NCBI RefSeq assembly: GCF_036971445.1
Contig: NC_091480.1
Location: 99,324,001-99,388,000 of the forward strand
Length of the DNA: 64,000 nucleotides
Source of the DNA: Narcine bancroftii
Taxonomy: Eukaryota
Direction of reading: 5' to 3'
In this document: piece by piece, positions 50,421 to 63,745 of the stretch
Position numbering within the stretch: position 1 is the stretch's first letter
How the letters are laid out: each line of letters starts with the position of its first letter
The notes under the pieces: generated by a model
Database searches by the model: none
Seen by the model: the letters and a program-made list of their open reading frames with translations, nothing else
Told to the model about the DNA's origin: nothing
Translations under genes and position numbers: made by a program

Positions 50421-51124
50421 ACGACTGGATAGTTTATTATTTTTACAATTCACAAAAGTGCTGGTGAAACTCAGCAGGTCATGCAGCATCCACAGGAAGC
50501 AAAGGTATATAACCAATGTTTCGGGCATGAGCTGTTTGTCATGGTATGACCAGAAAAACATGTAGGTACCTGAATAAAAAGGTGGAAGGAGCAGGGATAA
50601 AGGGGCAGTGGGAGGAGCACAGCCGACAGCCAAGAGGTCATAGGCGTGCAAGGGCAGAAAAGCTGGACTGATATGGGGGGAGGGGACATCTCTGAATAGA
50701 GAGGGAAGAGGGTGGGGAGCTGGAGGAAAGGAGACAGAAGGATAGAAAGAGTGAGACAGGAAGAAGCCTAACAGAAACCAGAGGATGATGTTAATGCCAT
50801 AATAGATGGCATGATAGGTGTTGTTTCTTCAATTTGGCAATGAGGTGACCTTGATTTGGCAGAGCTGGAAGCCATGGTTAGACATGTATGGAAATGGTGT
50901 GTGGAATTAAAGGAACGTTTGGGGCCCTGAATGATGTTGAAGAAGGTGTACATGCAAGTGTTTTATATATCTGAAGGGTAAATTTCTTCGACACCCAGTG
51001 ACCTGGGTTTGAATTGCCGCTCTCTGTAAGGTGTCCATACATTCTAACTCTGTATGCATTTGTTTCCTCCGGGTGCTCCTGTTTCCTCCCATGTTCCAAA
51101 ATGTGCTAATCACAAATATGAAGG

Positions 51125-52095
51125 CAGGGAACACTATTCTGGGCCCCAAATGGTCCCTCCAAGTGAAGCAACATTTCACTTGTGAATCTGTAGGGGTTGT
51201 CCACTTCATTTGATGTTCCTGCTGTGGCCTCCTCTACATCGGAGAGATTGGACACAGACTGGGAGATTGTTTTGTTGAACACCTCGTGACAGTCCGCTGC
51301 AAAAAGAGACCTCCCATTGGCCATCCATTTTAATTCCACATCCCATTCCCACACTGACATGTCTGTCCGTGATCTCAAACACTGCCAAACCAAGGCTACT
51401 GCAAATTGAAGGAACAACCCCTAATATTCTATCTGGGCACCCTCCAACCTGACGGTGTTAACATCAACTTTTCCAGTTTCTGNNNNNNNNNNNNNNNNNN
51501 NNNNNNNNNNNNNNNNNNNNNNNNNNNNNNNNNNNNNNNNNNNNNNNNNNNNNNNNNNNNNNNNNNNNNNNNNNNNNNNNNNNNNNNNNNNNNNNNNNNN
51601 NNNNNNNNNNNNNNNNNNNNNNNNNNNNNNNNNNNNNNNNNNNNNNNNNNNNNNNNNNNNNNNNNNNNNNNNNNNNNNNNNNNNNNNNNNNNNNNNNNNN
51701 NNNNNNNNNNNNNNNNNNNNNNNNNNNNNNNNNNNNNNNNNNNNNNNNNNNNNNNNNNNNNNNNNNNNNNNNNNNNNNNNNNNNNNNNNNNNNNCCCTCA
51801 CCAACTTCTTCCCTCCCCCTATCACTTCTCAGCTTTATTTTTCTCCTTCCTCTTATCTATATCCACCTATGGCCTCTTGGCCATTGCCCTATGTCCTCCC
51901 CCTTCCCCTTCTTCAATCCTCCCACCAACTTTTTATTCAGGTGCCTGCTTGCCTTCTGCCCATACATTGACGAAGGGCTCAGGCCTGAAACGTTGGTTAC
52001 CCTCTGCTTCATAGGGTCACTGCATGAGCTGCTGAGTTTCTCCAACACTTTGATGCATTGTACTACAACCTCAGCATCTGCAGACTTTATTGTTT
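51125..52095 (+). mobile_element. Penelope-like element 3' part (GIY-YIG endonuclease plus terminal repeat), spanning the N gap
   Basis: FTCESVGVVHFI.CSCCGLLYIGEIGHRLGDCFVEHL...LPLAIHFNS..H..TDM...EQPLIFYLGTLQPDGVN; related copies at about 26.8-27.1, 45.2-45.4(-), 50.5-50.9(-), 52.7-53.3 and 56.1-56.6 kb. Confidence 0.8.
51483..51794. other. Assembly gap (312 N)
   Basis: Run of N. Confidence 1.
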
Positions 52096-52659
52096 CGCAC
52101 CCGTGAAGAGATGAGGCAAGGGGAAGGAAACTGATCAGATATGTTTCGAGTAAAAGGGGAAGGCGTACACAGCAGGTTCCAGCCTGAGGTCAAATGGGGG
52201 ATGAAAAACTGAACTGAAACTGGGTCAAAACGCATCTGTCACTGAAGTTTTCTTCAGCATTTCAGCTCGACCTTTAACTTTTTGACAAAGTCTCCAACTT
52301 GAAATATTAACTCTCTTTCCCTTTCTGCAGTTGTAGCCTGACCTTCTTGATCGGTGTCTACTTTGGATTTCCACTTTCTGCATGGTTTGGTTTATATTCA
52401 AGGGGTCACCAAGCCCACGAGGCAACCAGAGCAGAAGGTGGCTAGACCAGCATACAAGAAATCAGACAGTGAAATTTCCTCTCCCACAGCCCTCACTGAA
52501 GATCATCACAGGGAAGTGGCTATGTATGCTGTCTACGAGAGCTCTTTTATCAGTTTTTTCATTCAGGGTGTGTGGATATTTCTGATAACACAGCATTTAT
52601 TTCTCCTTTCTGAAAGTACATGTCAGGAGCAAGTCAACCATGTTAATTTCTGCCACCTA

Positions 52660-53345
52660 CAATGGAATCCCACCAGACACATCTTCCCCTCCACTATCTA
52701 CTTTCTATAGGGAACATTCCTTCCCACAATTTTCCCATCAGTATTTACCCCTATGACCAGAAGCTGTGCTACACTTGCACCTACACCTCCTCCCTCGCCA
52801 CCATTCGAGGACCCAAACAGTCCCTCTAAATGAAGCAACTCTTCTTGTGTATCTGCAAGGGTCTTTATCTACTGCATCTGGTGCTCCCGTTGTGGCCGTT
52901 TCTACATCGGAGAGATTACTTTGTTGAGCACCTTCACTCTGTCCGCTGCAATAGCAAGGACCTCCCAGTGGTCAACCACTTTAATTCCAAACACCTTTGT
53001 CATACTGACATGTATGACAATGGCCTCATGTACTGCCAATTTGAGGTCACCCAAAAATTGGAGGAACAATAAAAAAACAGTCTCCAACCAGACATCGATA
53101 TTGACTTCTCCAATTTATGTTCACCCCTTACCCCAGTCTCCCTCTTTCCCAATCTGACTCCATTCCTCCGGCTCCCTATGCCCTTCCCTTCCTTCTCCAT
53201 TCAGAGAGCTACCCTTAGCCCTCTGCCCTCTTCTCCATCACCTCAGTTTCTTTCCTGGCTAATCTTCCACCTGTAACTGCCTATGGCCTCTTACCTGTTG
53301 GCCTGTGCTCTGCCCCTGCCCCTTCCTCCCTCCTCTCCCCCTACT
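52660..53345 (+). mobile_element. Penelope-like element fragment (GIY-YIG)
   Basis: YCIWCSRCGRFYIG...FVEHLHSVRCNSKDLPVVNHFNS..CHTDM. Confidence 0.75.
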
Positions 53346-53361
53346 TTTTTATTTTGCTGTC

Positions 53362-54090
53362 TGTAGCGTGAATAAAAGCTCTCACAATTGGAAGGAGAAT
53401 AAGTGCTTTTATTAGCTTATAACTGAGGGTAGGGTCTCACAGTAGTCTTCGGAAGGGTTCTGGGTTTAGGTAGGAAACCACGGTTATATGTGAGCAGATA
53501 TGGGTGGAACCAGCCATCAGTGCAACACACTACCAGTGAACCCCAGTTCACTGCATTTACCCCTTCCTGAAGAATTTAGGGTCTGTGAATGAAGATAGAG
53601 AACATGGGTTCAGAGAGAAAAAAAGTCGAAAAATATTGCTTCTCCTGAGAAGGACTGGACCATGAGTGGTTGGGAGTGTAGTTCCTGATGCCGACCTTCT
53701 TTCGAAATTGAATAGAAACTCGTGAGGAGTAGCATTGATTGCGGTATATAGTAGCGACAGAATGGAATGGTGCACCATAGGAAGGATTTCCTGCCAGTGT
53801 GAGTCTGGAAGGCCTCTTGACTTCAGGGCCAGTTTGATTGCCTTCCAGACCGTTAAGTTCTCCTTTTCAACCTGCCCATTCCCCCGCGGGGGTTGTAGCT
53901 AGTAGTCCTGCTGGACGCGGTGCCCTTCACCTGACGCAGCTCGTCACTCATAAAGGATGAGCCCCAGTCGCTATGAATATAGCTGGGATACCCGAACAGA
54001 GCGAAAATGGAATCTAAGGCCTTTATGACTGACAAAGTGGACATGTCTGGACATGGAATGGCGAACAGGAAGCGGGAGTACTCATCTTTG
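53362..54090 (-). mobile_element. Gypsy LTR retrotransposon remnant: integrase core, polypurine tract and 194-bp 3' LTR (53362-53555)
   Basis: DEYSRFLFAIPCPDMS...FGYPSYIHSDWGSSFMSDEL...SRTTSYNPRG (rve core); PPT AGGAAGGGGTAAA abutting a TG...CA LTR that contains TATAA and AATAAA on the minus strand. Confidence 0.82.
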
Positions 54091-55029
54091 CCACACGAAG
54101 TAGTTGGCCAATCCAAGAAGACATCTGTTTAAAGGAATTGAGGAAGGTTTAGAGGAGATGACAGACATAATTTTTTTTTTAACACAGTGAGCAGTGGATC
54201 CCTGGAATATACTGGCAAGAGTAGTGGTGAGGCAGATATAATTGGGATATTTAAAAGACTGAGAGCACATGGGGTTGTGAAACAATCAGAGAGCTATGAT
54301 CTGTGAGGGAGGGAAAGGGTAAGATAGATGGTGGACTGGGTTTCTATAGGTTGGCACAACATCATGAGCCAAAGGGCCCATACTGTGCTATTCTGTTCTC
54401 TGTTGTGCGGAGCATAGACTGAGAATGGCAGAGGACCCAACATCTAAAATAGAAGGGTGCCATCCTTAACACGCCTCCAACATTCCCTGCCATGTGTCAA
54501 CTCCACCTCCTAACTCATCCATGTTCTGCGCAAACACCATGGGCAGAGAGGCCTACTGTAATTGTGTTGTTCTAGCCCTCGATACCTGATAGGCAACTCT
54601 ATTGCCCTCAGTCCTGGGAGCACCATTGCCCTGGGGTCCAATACCTTGAGGCTTTCTCAGCACTAGAAATGTCTTGCTCAGAGATTGTTCTGTACAAGCA
54701 CCATATTGGCACGCCCTTTGGCCCATCGAGTTTGTGCTGACCACTCACTCCTACCCTAATCCCATTTTATTCGTCCCATATTCTCACCAACTCCTCCCAC
54801 ATCCTATACACTGGGGCCCAGTTTACCATGACCACTTAACTCACTAACCTGCACATCTATGAGATGTGGGAGGAAACAAGCATCCAGAGGAAATCCATGT
54901 GGTCACAGGGAGAACATGCAAACTCCAAAGCAGTAGCTCTATTCACTGCACAACTATGCCTGCCTGCAACATTTAACTACTCTGAACTGTTCCACAAGCC
55001 TGAAAGAATAGCTGGAAGCAGGCAAGGCT

Positions 55030-55552
55030 ACCGGCCACCATTATGTCAACCTTCTACCGGAGCTCTATTGAGAGTATCCCGGCCAACTGCATCTCAGTGC
55101 GGTACGGATGCTGAGAGAAATGGATCAGAGGTCAGTCCACAGGCCCATAAGAGTGGCAGAGAGGATCACTGGAGTCTCCCTCCCTCCATCAATGTGATTT
55201 ACCAGGATCATTGTCTGAGAGGGTGGACAAAATATTGAGGACTCCTACCACCTTCCCCATTGGGAAAGAGATCCAGGAGGATCAGAGCCAGCACCACCAG
55301 GCTGAGGAACAACTTCTTCCCACGGGCAGTGAGAATGCTGAACAACCAAAGGAACTGCTCACACTCACCCTCCAAGACTCTCATTCATGAAACAGCATTT
55401 ATTTATTTATTTGTTTATATGAATACTTGTCCCGCATACAATTTATTTGTCTGTATATGTGTTATGTCTGTATGTTTTGCACTGAGGATCAGAGAATTCT
55501 GTCTCGTCAGGTTGTACTTCAATAATCAGATGACAATAAGCTTGACGACTTG
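55030..55552 (+). mobile_element. Rex1/Babar-like LINE 3' fragment
   Basis: GKRSRRIRASTTRLRNNFFPRAVRMLN; CTTGACGACTTGA-type tail. Confidence 0.7.
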
Positions 55553-57449
55553 AAAAAGCTGCTGTTTTTGATTCAAAGTCCTTCAGTTCATGCCCTTGAA
55601 CTGGTCACTGAGAGGGAGATTTGGAACTGCAGATTTTCCAACTTATAATGGGATGTGCTGTTGAAGAGATGATGCCGTTGAATATCAAAGGTACATCGCA
55701 AGACTCTCTCTTGCTGGAGGTGATCATTCCTGGCACTCTTGTGGCACTTATCAGCTCCTGCAGATGGTTGCAGCACTTTTTTATGTGGAAATTGTTGCCA
55801 AGGAAACAGTGGTTTACATGCTGGAAGTAAAATAAAGCACAGATCTTCAGTATTATAAACATCATAAAGATTGTGCAGTAAACAGGGAATGTCATCACAC
55901 TGCAGTAATGTTTTTGTAAAAATGATCCAGACTCATTAAGGATATAATTGCAGATTATGTGTTTAGGAAAATTAGTTATGGGGGGGGGTTCATTCCATCT
56001 CTCATTTCACTGCTGTCATTCAGACAAACTGTCATTCATTTTCAACACAAAATCGTGAGGGATTTAGAGAGGGGTAAATGCAGACAGACTCTTTCCACTG
56101 AGTTTGAGACAAGAACAGGAGCACCTTGGCTCTATACACCCCAATAGTGTGGATCTCCCAGTGGCCACCCATTTCAGTTATCCAACCCATTCCCTTGCCA
56201 GCATGTCTGTCCATGGTATCATGTACTGCCAGCCTGAGACCACCTGTAACTTGGAGGAACAACACCTCATCTTCCAACTGGGCACCCTCTGACCATTTAG
56301 CATTAATATCGACTTCTCTAGTTAAAAAACACCACCTCCTTCTTCAACCCCCCCCCCCAAGTCTTTCCATTCCCTGTCACTTTTTGCACAGGCATGATAG
56401 CTTCTCACCTAGTCCCTTATCACATCCAATTATGTTGGTCTGGATTCCTCCCCCATTGTTTGAATTCGGAGACTTTCTGATATACTGTACTGTTCACAGC
56501 TTCTGCCTTTTCAAATTTTTCCTTGAAGAAAGGCTCAGGCCTGAAACATCAGCAATATTTTTTTTTCTCCTTTCGATGCTGAAAAGACTGACTGAGTTTC
56601 TCCAGCATTTTGGTGTGTTTACGTCTGCAGCCTATTGTATTTCGCAAGACCCAAGGGGACACGGATTAAGGGTGATAAGTGAAATATTTCAGGGGACAAT
56701 TAGGGGAAATTTCTTCACTCTGAGGGTGGTAGGGAGTGTGGTGGATGAGGATTTGATTTCAGCTTTTAATAGAATAGACAGGTACATGGATGGAAGAGGT
56801 ATAGAGAGCTATGGTCGATGGCATTAGGCAGAAAAATAGTTTGTCATGAGCTAGGTGGTCTGGAGAGCCTGTTTCTGTGCTGTACTTTTCTATGGCTCTA
56901 TTGTTATATGATCTGTGGCTCCACTTCACTTTATTGCTTTTACTTCACATCCCTTTCTCCCTTACAATTCCATCCCAGACCTTTGGAGAGGGACTCCCAG
57001 GTTTCTATCGTTCTTTGATTTAAGAGGTTCCCTCCAAAGTGTTCACAAGGAGAACAGGACACAAGATCTCAGATAGTTTAACCAAGTGTTCGGTTTAGAC
57101 GTAAAAACACAAAAATCTGAAGACACTGTGGTTGAAGGTACTTGACCTGCTGAGTTTATCCAGCATTGTGTTTTTATTTATAATGTACAGTTTGGCAGGA
57201 AAAGCAAGAAATAATTTCTTATGGTCTTACAATTTAATAGGAAGTGAATTTTAAAGTATATTCTTTGTCTTTAGATGCATGAATCTAATGATTGGAGGAA
57301 GGGTAATGTAGTTCAGATCTATGGAATGGATATTTCCTGCCAAATGGGGACTCTAGGAAGATTGCAACATTCTGAATAAAGGCAGAGGCAGGTAGTGTCA
57401 TAAGCTGAATGTTCTGGGCATCAGCACCGAGTGCATCAATTTAAAAAAT

Positions 57450-57675
57450 TTAATTTAGACATACAGCACAGAAACAGGCCATTTTGGCCCACAACCCCAT
57501 GCCACCCAATTAGCCTATAACTCCCAGCACATTTTAAGCGGTGGGAGGAAACCGGAGCCCCTGGGGAAAATACACACAGACATGGAGAGAACATACAAAC
57601 TCCTTGCAGACAGCACGGGATTTGAACCCAATTCCCGATCACTGGTACTGTAACAGCGTTGTGCTAACCATGCCC
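57450..57675 (-). mobile_element. HE1/V-SINE-like tRNA SINE, well preserved
   Basis: Minus strand GGCATGGTTAGCACAACG...GGGTTCAAATCCC (B-box)...GTTTGTATGTTCTCTCC...CTCCGGTTTCCTCCC; CR1-like 3' tail. Confidence 0.75.
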
Positions 57676-58232
57676 CCTCATCTAGGAGTGCTGGTAAAAT
57701 AGACTTCACCAGGTGGTCAGGGAAACTCTCCCATGCTTAGAGTCATAGCTTTGCATTTCTGCCTCACACTGAGTCCATGCAGATGGACACGCCAGGGATA
57801 TCAGAAGTGGCTATGGTTACAGAGACCAGGGCAAGCAGTGTGGCAGCAGAGACCAGTGTGAACAGGGAGAGAGGAGATCAGGCCCAAGATGGTTATGGCA
57901 GCTACAGAGCTCACTCCAGGCCCATGACACCCTTTCTGCCACATCTCATCAGGAAGTTGCTCTAACTTTTATTTTAAATGTTATGTCCTTGCAAGATTCA
58001 AGGCAGCCACCATCATCCCGGGGCCCAAAAGAGCAATGGTAACTGGACTAAATAACTACCGCCCAGTGGCACTGACCTCTGTTCAAACTCCTGACTCACA
58101 ACTGCACTGCCAGGTTCATTTCTAACATGGCATGGCTTTGTGATAGGCAGGTCATGCCTTATGGGCTTAATGGTGCTTTTCGAGGCGGTGACAAAGGAAA
58201 TTAATGAGGGTAAGGCAGTGTATTTTAATAAG

Positions 58233-60205
58233 GGTCAGTGCTGGAAACTGGTATAAGAAGCATGAAATTAAGGAGATGTTTGAAAAATACATTGAATGTA
58301 AGAGGAATCTTAAGAGAGGAATTAGGAAAGCTAAAAGAAGGTACGAGGAGACTATCGCAAGCAGGGTGAAAATTAATCCAAAAGGGTTCTACAAATATGT
58401 TAATGGTAAAAGGAAAGCGAGAGACAAAATTGGTCCCTTAGAAAATCAGAGCGGAAAACTGTGTGTGGAGCCTAGAGAAATGGGGGAGATATTGAACAGT
58501 TTCTTTTCTTCGGTATTCACCAAGGAGAAGGATATTGGGATATGTGAGATAAAAAAAGCAAATTGGGTAAATATGGAGAATATAGTGATTACGAAAGATG
58601 TAGTGTTAGGGCTTTCGAGGAATATAAAGGTGGATAAGTCTCCGGGACCAGACGGCATCTTCCCCAGGACGTTGAGAGAAGTAAAGGAGGAAATAGCAGA
58701 GGCTCTGATGGTAATTTTCCAAATGTCATTAGAGATGGGGATAGTGCCAGAGGATTGGCGTATTCCGTTATTTAAAAAGGGTTCAAGGAGGAAGCCTGGC
58801 AATTATCGGCCTGTAAGTTTGACGTCTGTGGTAGGTAAATTAAGGGAGAAAGTTCTTAGAGATAGTACTTATAAATATCTGGATAGACAGGGTCTGATCA
58901 GGAGCACTCAACACGGATTTGTGGGCGGAAGGTCCTGTTTGACCAATCTGATTGAATTTTTTGAAGAGGTGACTAGGAATGTAGATGAGTGTAGCGCGGT
59001 GGATGTTGTCTATATGGACTTCAGTAAGGCCTTCGATAAGGTACCACATGGAAGGTTAGTTAGGAAGGTGCAGTCTTTAGGTATAAATTTTGAGATAGTC
59101 AAATGGATTGAACATTGGCTGAAAGGGAGAGGCCAGAGAGTGGTAGTGGAAAATTGTCTGTCAGGTTGGAGGCCGGTGACCAGTGGTGTGCCTCAGGGAT
59201 CTGTATTGGGCCCATTGTTGTTCGTTATATACATTAATTATCTAGATGATGGGGTGGTGAATTGGATTAGTAAATATGAAGACGATACTAAGATAGGCGG
59301 AATAGTGGATAATGAAGAAGGTTTTCAAGGATTGTAGAGGGATTTGGGCTGCTTAGAAAAGTGGGCTGAAAAATGGCAGATGGAATTCAATGCTGATAAG
59401 TGTGAGGTGCTTCATTTTGGTAAGAAGAATCAGAACAGGACATACGTGGTAAATGGGAGAGCATTGATGAATACAGAAGAGCAGAAGGATTTAGGAGTAA
59501 CGGTACATCGTACCCTGAAGGTAGAAACTCACGTGAATAGGGTGGTGAAGAAAGCTTTTAGTATGCTGGCCTTTATCAATCATTGCATGGAATATAGGAG
59601 TTGGGAAATGATGTTGAGATTGTATAAGGCGTTGGTGTGGCCTAATTTAGAGTTCTGTGTGCAGTTCTGGTTGCCTAATTATAGGAAGGATATAAACAGA
59701 GTGGAGAGAGTGCAGAGAAGATTTACCAGAATGTTACCTGGGTTTAAGCATCTGGAGTACAGGGAGAGATTGGGCAGATTAGGTCTTTATTCTTTGGAGC
59801 GTAGAAGGTTGAGAGGGGATTTGATAGAGGTATTTAAGATTATGAAAGGGATAGATAGAGTGGATGTGGATAGACTATTTCCGTTAAGAGTAGGAGAGAT
59901 TGAAACAAGAGGACATAAGTTAAGAGTTAAGGGGCAGAGGTTTAGAGGTAACATGAGGGGGAACTTCTTTACTCAGAGAGTGGTAGCGGTGTGGAACGAG
60001 CTTCCGGGAGAAATAGTGGCGGCAGAGTCCATTTTATTATTTAAGAAAAAGCTGGACAGGTATATGGATGAGAAGAAGGTGGAGGGTTATGGTCATTGTG
60101 CAGGGAGGTGGGACTAGAGAGGAGTGTTTAGTTTGATGCGGACTAGAAGGGCCTAATGGCCTGTTTCTGTGCTGTAATTGTTATGTTATATGTTATGTTA
60201 TGTTA
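58233..60205 (+). mobile_element. Young 5'-truncated CR1/HER1 LINE (RT domain and 3' end) nested in an older CR1
   Basis: ORFs 58204-59337 and 59344-60117 are in the same frame, split by one TAG; KSPGPDG, NYRPVSLTS, QHGF, DFSKAFDKVPH, GVPQGSVLGP, YEDD motifs; (TGTTA)n tail; the older host resumes at 60206. Confidence 0.95.
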
Positions 60206-60810
60206 CAAGGTCCTCCATAATTGTCTCATTCAGAAAGACATTATCCATGAGATCCAAGGAGCTTTGACTGCTTGGATTCAGAATTGGCTTGCTGCAGAAA
60301 GCAGAGATTGTTGTAAATGGAATGTGTTCTGCCTGAAGAACATTGACAAGTGATGTTCCACAGAAATCTGTTCTGTGACCCCCTGCTCTTTGTGATTTTT
60401 ATAAATGACTTGGAGTAAGATGTGGAGGGTGGGTCAGTAATTTTGCAGATGATACAAAGGTTGGAGGTTTTGTAGAGATTGTTGTTGGTCACAACAAGAT
60501 AGAGTCAGGATGCAGAGTTGGACAGAGAAGTGGCAGGTGGAGTTCAATCCAAATAAATGTGAAGGGATTCACTTTGGAAGGTCAAACTTGAAGGTGAAAT
60601 ATGTGGTTAATGGAAGATTCTTAATAGTTTGCAGGAACAGAGAGATTTTGGGGTTCAGGTCCATAAATCCCTCAAGGTTTCCACACAAGATGACAGGGTG
60701 GTTAAGAAGGTATATGATGTGTTCACCTTCATTAGTCAGAAGATTGAGCTCAAGAGCAAATAATGTTGCAGCTCTATTAAGCAATGGTCAGTCCACACTT
60801 GGAATGTTGT
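60206..60810 (+). mobile_element. Older CR1 fragment, continuing the piece at about 58130-58232
   Basis: Host reads HGFVIGRSCL..FEAVTKEINEGKAV..FNK before the insertion and KVLH..L.AWIQNWL..FADDTKVGG..KWQVEFNPNKCE after it. Confidence 0.8.
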
Positions 60811-61739
60811 GTTGCTACCTCAAGGCTTTGACCTTGAATAGATGTAAGAACAGGTATCTTGCTTAGTTTTGGCTTTGAACATTTATGCAGAAGTGGATAC
60901 TGAGATGGGTGGTAACAGAGTGTTGGTGTTGTGGGATCCTGATCACTCAAGGGATTTGGAGTTCTCTATATTTATTCTCATTGTAAGAGAATGGGACAAT
61001 GTGCTCATTCCGTACCACAGTTGGGGAGGTTGAGAAGCCGTCTTGTTGACTCATTTGTGCTTAGGAAGCCTGGACAATGTTGTTATGGGACTCTCTCTAA
61101 AACAGTGAATGAGTAAGCATGCAGGAAAATTACATTTACTTCCAAGTGAGTATGCCTGAGTTTAACTTGCATGTGATAGTGTAACCAAGCAACGGCAGGC
61201 CTTATCTTTTTGGATGGTGCAGCTTGAAACCTCTCCTTGTGATGAGGGGGAAGTGTTGATGAATTAATGACATCGACTTGGTGCACAGCACATAATGAAG
61301 GCATTGTATCATTGCTAGGTTGCAGTGAATGGTTGGGCGCCTTTCTGCTGAAGATTTCTCAATGTGTGAAGCTAAATAGAAATTGGCAGAGAGGGGCTCT
61401 TGTGTTGTCACCAGTTGCAGCTTTCTTGGTCCTCCTCCACTTCTCCCTCCTCTTCCTGCCTCTGGTCCTGCAGTTACAGAGTACCAGGGCCTTCCTGGAC
61501 ACGAGCAGGACATGGAGCAGGATCACCCCCATGTTCCTGGTGCTCCTCTTGTGAGATCTCCAGCACAACAAAGAGCCTGTACTACCTCACAGAGATGAGA
61601 TGAAGTAACATTGTTCTCAATCTGGCCGAATGGCTGAAGGACAAGGAGTGCCTTCGACTTCCTTGGGATAACAAGTGATATGATCTTTCTATGAATGTCA
61701 CACTGCACTGACCTGATGGATTACATATTTTCTGCAATT

Positions 61740-62420
61740 CAGGGTGTCTGTTGTCATAGGTTCCAAGATACAGTGGAAAAACTCTCTTTTGCATGCTACC
61801 CAGGCAAGTCAACTCATATTTCAGTACAGCAGGTTGTACAATAATAAAACAGGTGTAGGGTGTAGAGTAACAATGTGAGGCATGTAGTGTCACAGTGAAG
61901 ACAAAGGGCAGTGTTCAGAAATAAATGAAGTAAAACAGTGCATTTACCATCTGTTACCAATGAAGGGTCCATTTGAGATTCTGAAAACAGCAGGAAAGGA
62001 AGGGTCCTTCAATCTGGAGGTTCATAGTATTTCCCGCCCGAAGGAAGGGAAGAAGAGAGTGTGACTGGGTGGGATGGGTCCTTTAATGCATTGGCAGCTT
62101 TTCCATGACAAGGGGAGGTGCCGATGTCCTGGGAGGGAGAGGGAGGTATTTGCATGGTGGCCTGAGCTGTGTTCATAATTCTCTGCAGTTTGTTACGGTT
62201 TTGGGCACACCAGTTCTTGTTCCACACAATGATGCATCTCGACAAGAGAGAAAAATTCAGGAACATGGCAAATTTCCTTTGGCTTCCAAGAGGGTTGTTG
62301 GTGTACTTTCCTGATTGTAGCATTGATGTGGTGGGACCAGGGAAGGATGCTGGCAATACCTGTACCTAAGAACTTCAGTCTCTCCACTTTATTCATCTCA
62401 GCACCACTGATAGATACAGG
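61740..62420 (-). mobile_element. Rex1/Babar-like LINE fragment
   Basis: VERLKFLG..I...L.WSHHI; QNRNKLQRIMNTAQ; KAANALKDPSHP...LPSG. Confidence 0.7.
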
Positions 62421-63139
62421 GATATATGCTCCTCTACCCTATATCAAGTTCAAGTTCATTATCATCTGATTGTACAAGTGCAACCCAATGAAACAGCATT
62501 TTCCAGTCCTCAGTTCAAAACATATAAACATGCATATCTACATAACACACAAACAGACAATACATATGCAATACATGTATACATATACGAAAATAAAAAA
62601 TATTGATAATAAATATTAGTCTCGGAGGGTTTGTATGAGCTGTTCAGCATTCTCACTGCCCGTGGGAAGAAAGATAGTGTTGGACCAGTCCATAATTAGT
62701 GTATCAAGGGGAGATTCAAGAGCCTGATGTCTGTTGGAAAGAAGTTGTTCTTGCACTATGCTTCGGTCACCCCAATATAGGAAGGACATGGAGGCTTTTG
62801 AAAGGGTACAGATTTACCACGATGCAGTCTGGATTACAGGAAATGAGCAGAAAGGAAAGGTTGCTTTCTCTGGTTCATCGGGGTCTGAGGGAGATCTGAT
62901 CAAAGTTTATAAAATTATGAGAGGAATAGATAGGGGAGACAGTCAGAATCATTTTCCCAAGGTAAAAGCATGACATACCAGAAGACCTGTGTTTAAGATT
63001 AGGGAGGGAATGTTTAAAGGAGATGTGCATGGCAAGTTTTTCACACAGAGTGGTGGGGCTGCCAGGGTTAGTGCTGGAAGCTGGTAGACAGTAATATTTG
63101 CCATTCACACACGTGAATATGGAAGGAACAGAGGGATAT

Positions 63140-63745
63140 TGTGGTAAACCATTTCATATATGTTGGTACTTATTTTAATTTATCTGGACATGCCCCTTGT
63201 TGACTCTACCTGTAGCGCCTCCCACTGTCCCCTGATAAAAGTGACTATGCCTCAGCTCCCTCCTCAGTCTAGGACAGTCGATCAGCATGGATGTGCCTCC
63301 ATTCTGTTGTTAATAAAGGCCTGTCAGTTCTTCGATAACTTCTAGTTTTTTGAAGTAATTGATGATGAATCAATCTGATTAACAACAGTTTTTTTATATA
63401 TAATGAAACTTGAAAAGCTGGAATTCAACCCATGCATGCCTGATGCATCCAACAGCTTCGAACTCTGGCTGCATTGCTTTGAAGAGTACTTGCAGGCCTC
63501 CTCTACTATAATTTGATTAGAGAACGACAGACTGCAAGTACTGTATTCCCTGGTCGGGCCCCCGGTATATTAGATGATCAGGGACTCCCAGTCATACCCA
63601 AAGACTATGGAAATACTGAACAGCCAGTACCTGAGGAAGGTAAATGAGGTCTACATTAGGCACCTCCTGGCTGCCCGAAAACAGCGACCCGGGGAATCGA
63701 GCGCCGAATACCTTCGGGCCCTGTGAGCTCTCGGACAGGCCTGAT
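63140..63745 (+). mobile_element. Gypsy remnant: candidate 5' LTR (about 63140-63372) and degraded gag
   Basis: TG...CA segment containing AATAAA, followed by KLEKLEFNP..PDASNSFELWLHCFEEYL...VNEVYIRHLLAARKQRPGESSAEYLRAL. Confidence 0.65.

Noticed and set aside
51406-52014. Long ORFs containing X runs
   Set aside because: They span the N gap; the flanks are Penelope-like sequence
52330-52710. 118-aa ORF downstream of a pyrimidine-AG
   Set aside because: Non-ATG start, runs into Penelope-like sequence, no recognisable homology
57450-57675. tRNA gene suggested by a B-box
   Set aside because: It is the tRNA-derived head of a multi-copy SINE, and no complete cloverleaf is evident
60810-61740. 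Non-obvious 0.9-kb segment with several short overlapping ORFs, possibly a decayed Harbinger-type element or an exon
   Set aside because: No motif, TIR or splice structure that I can support
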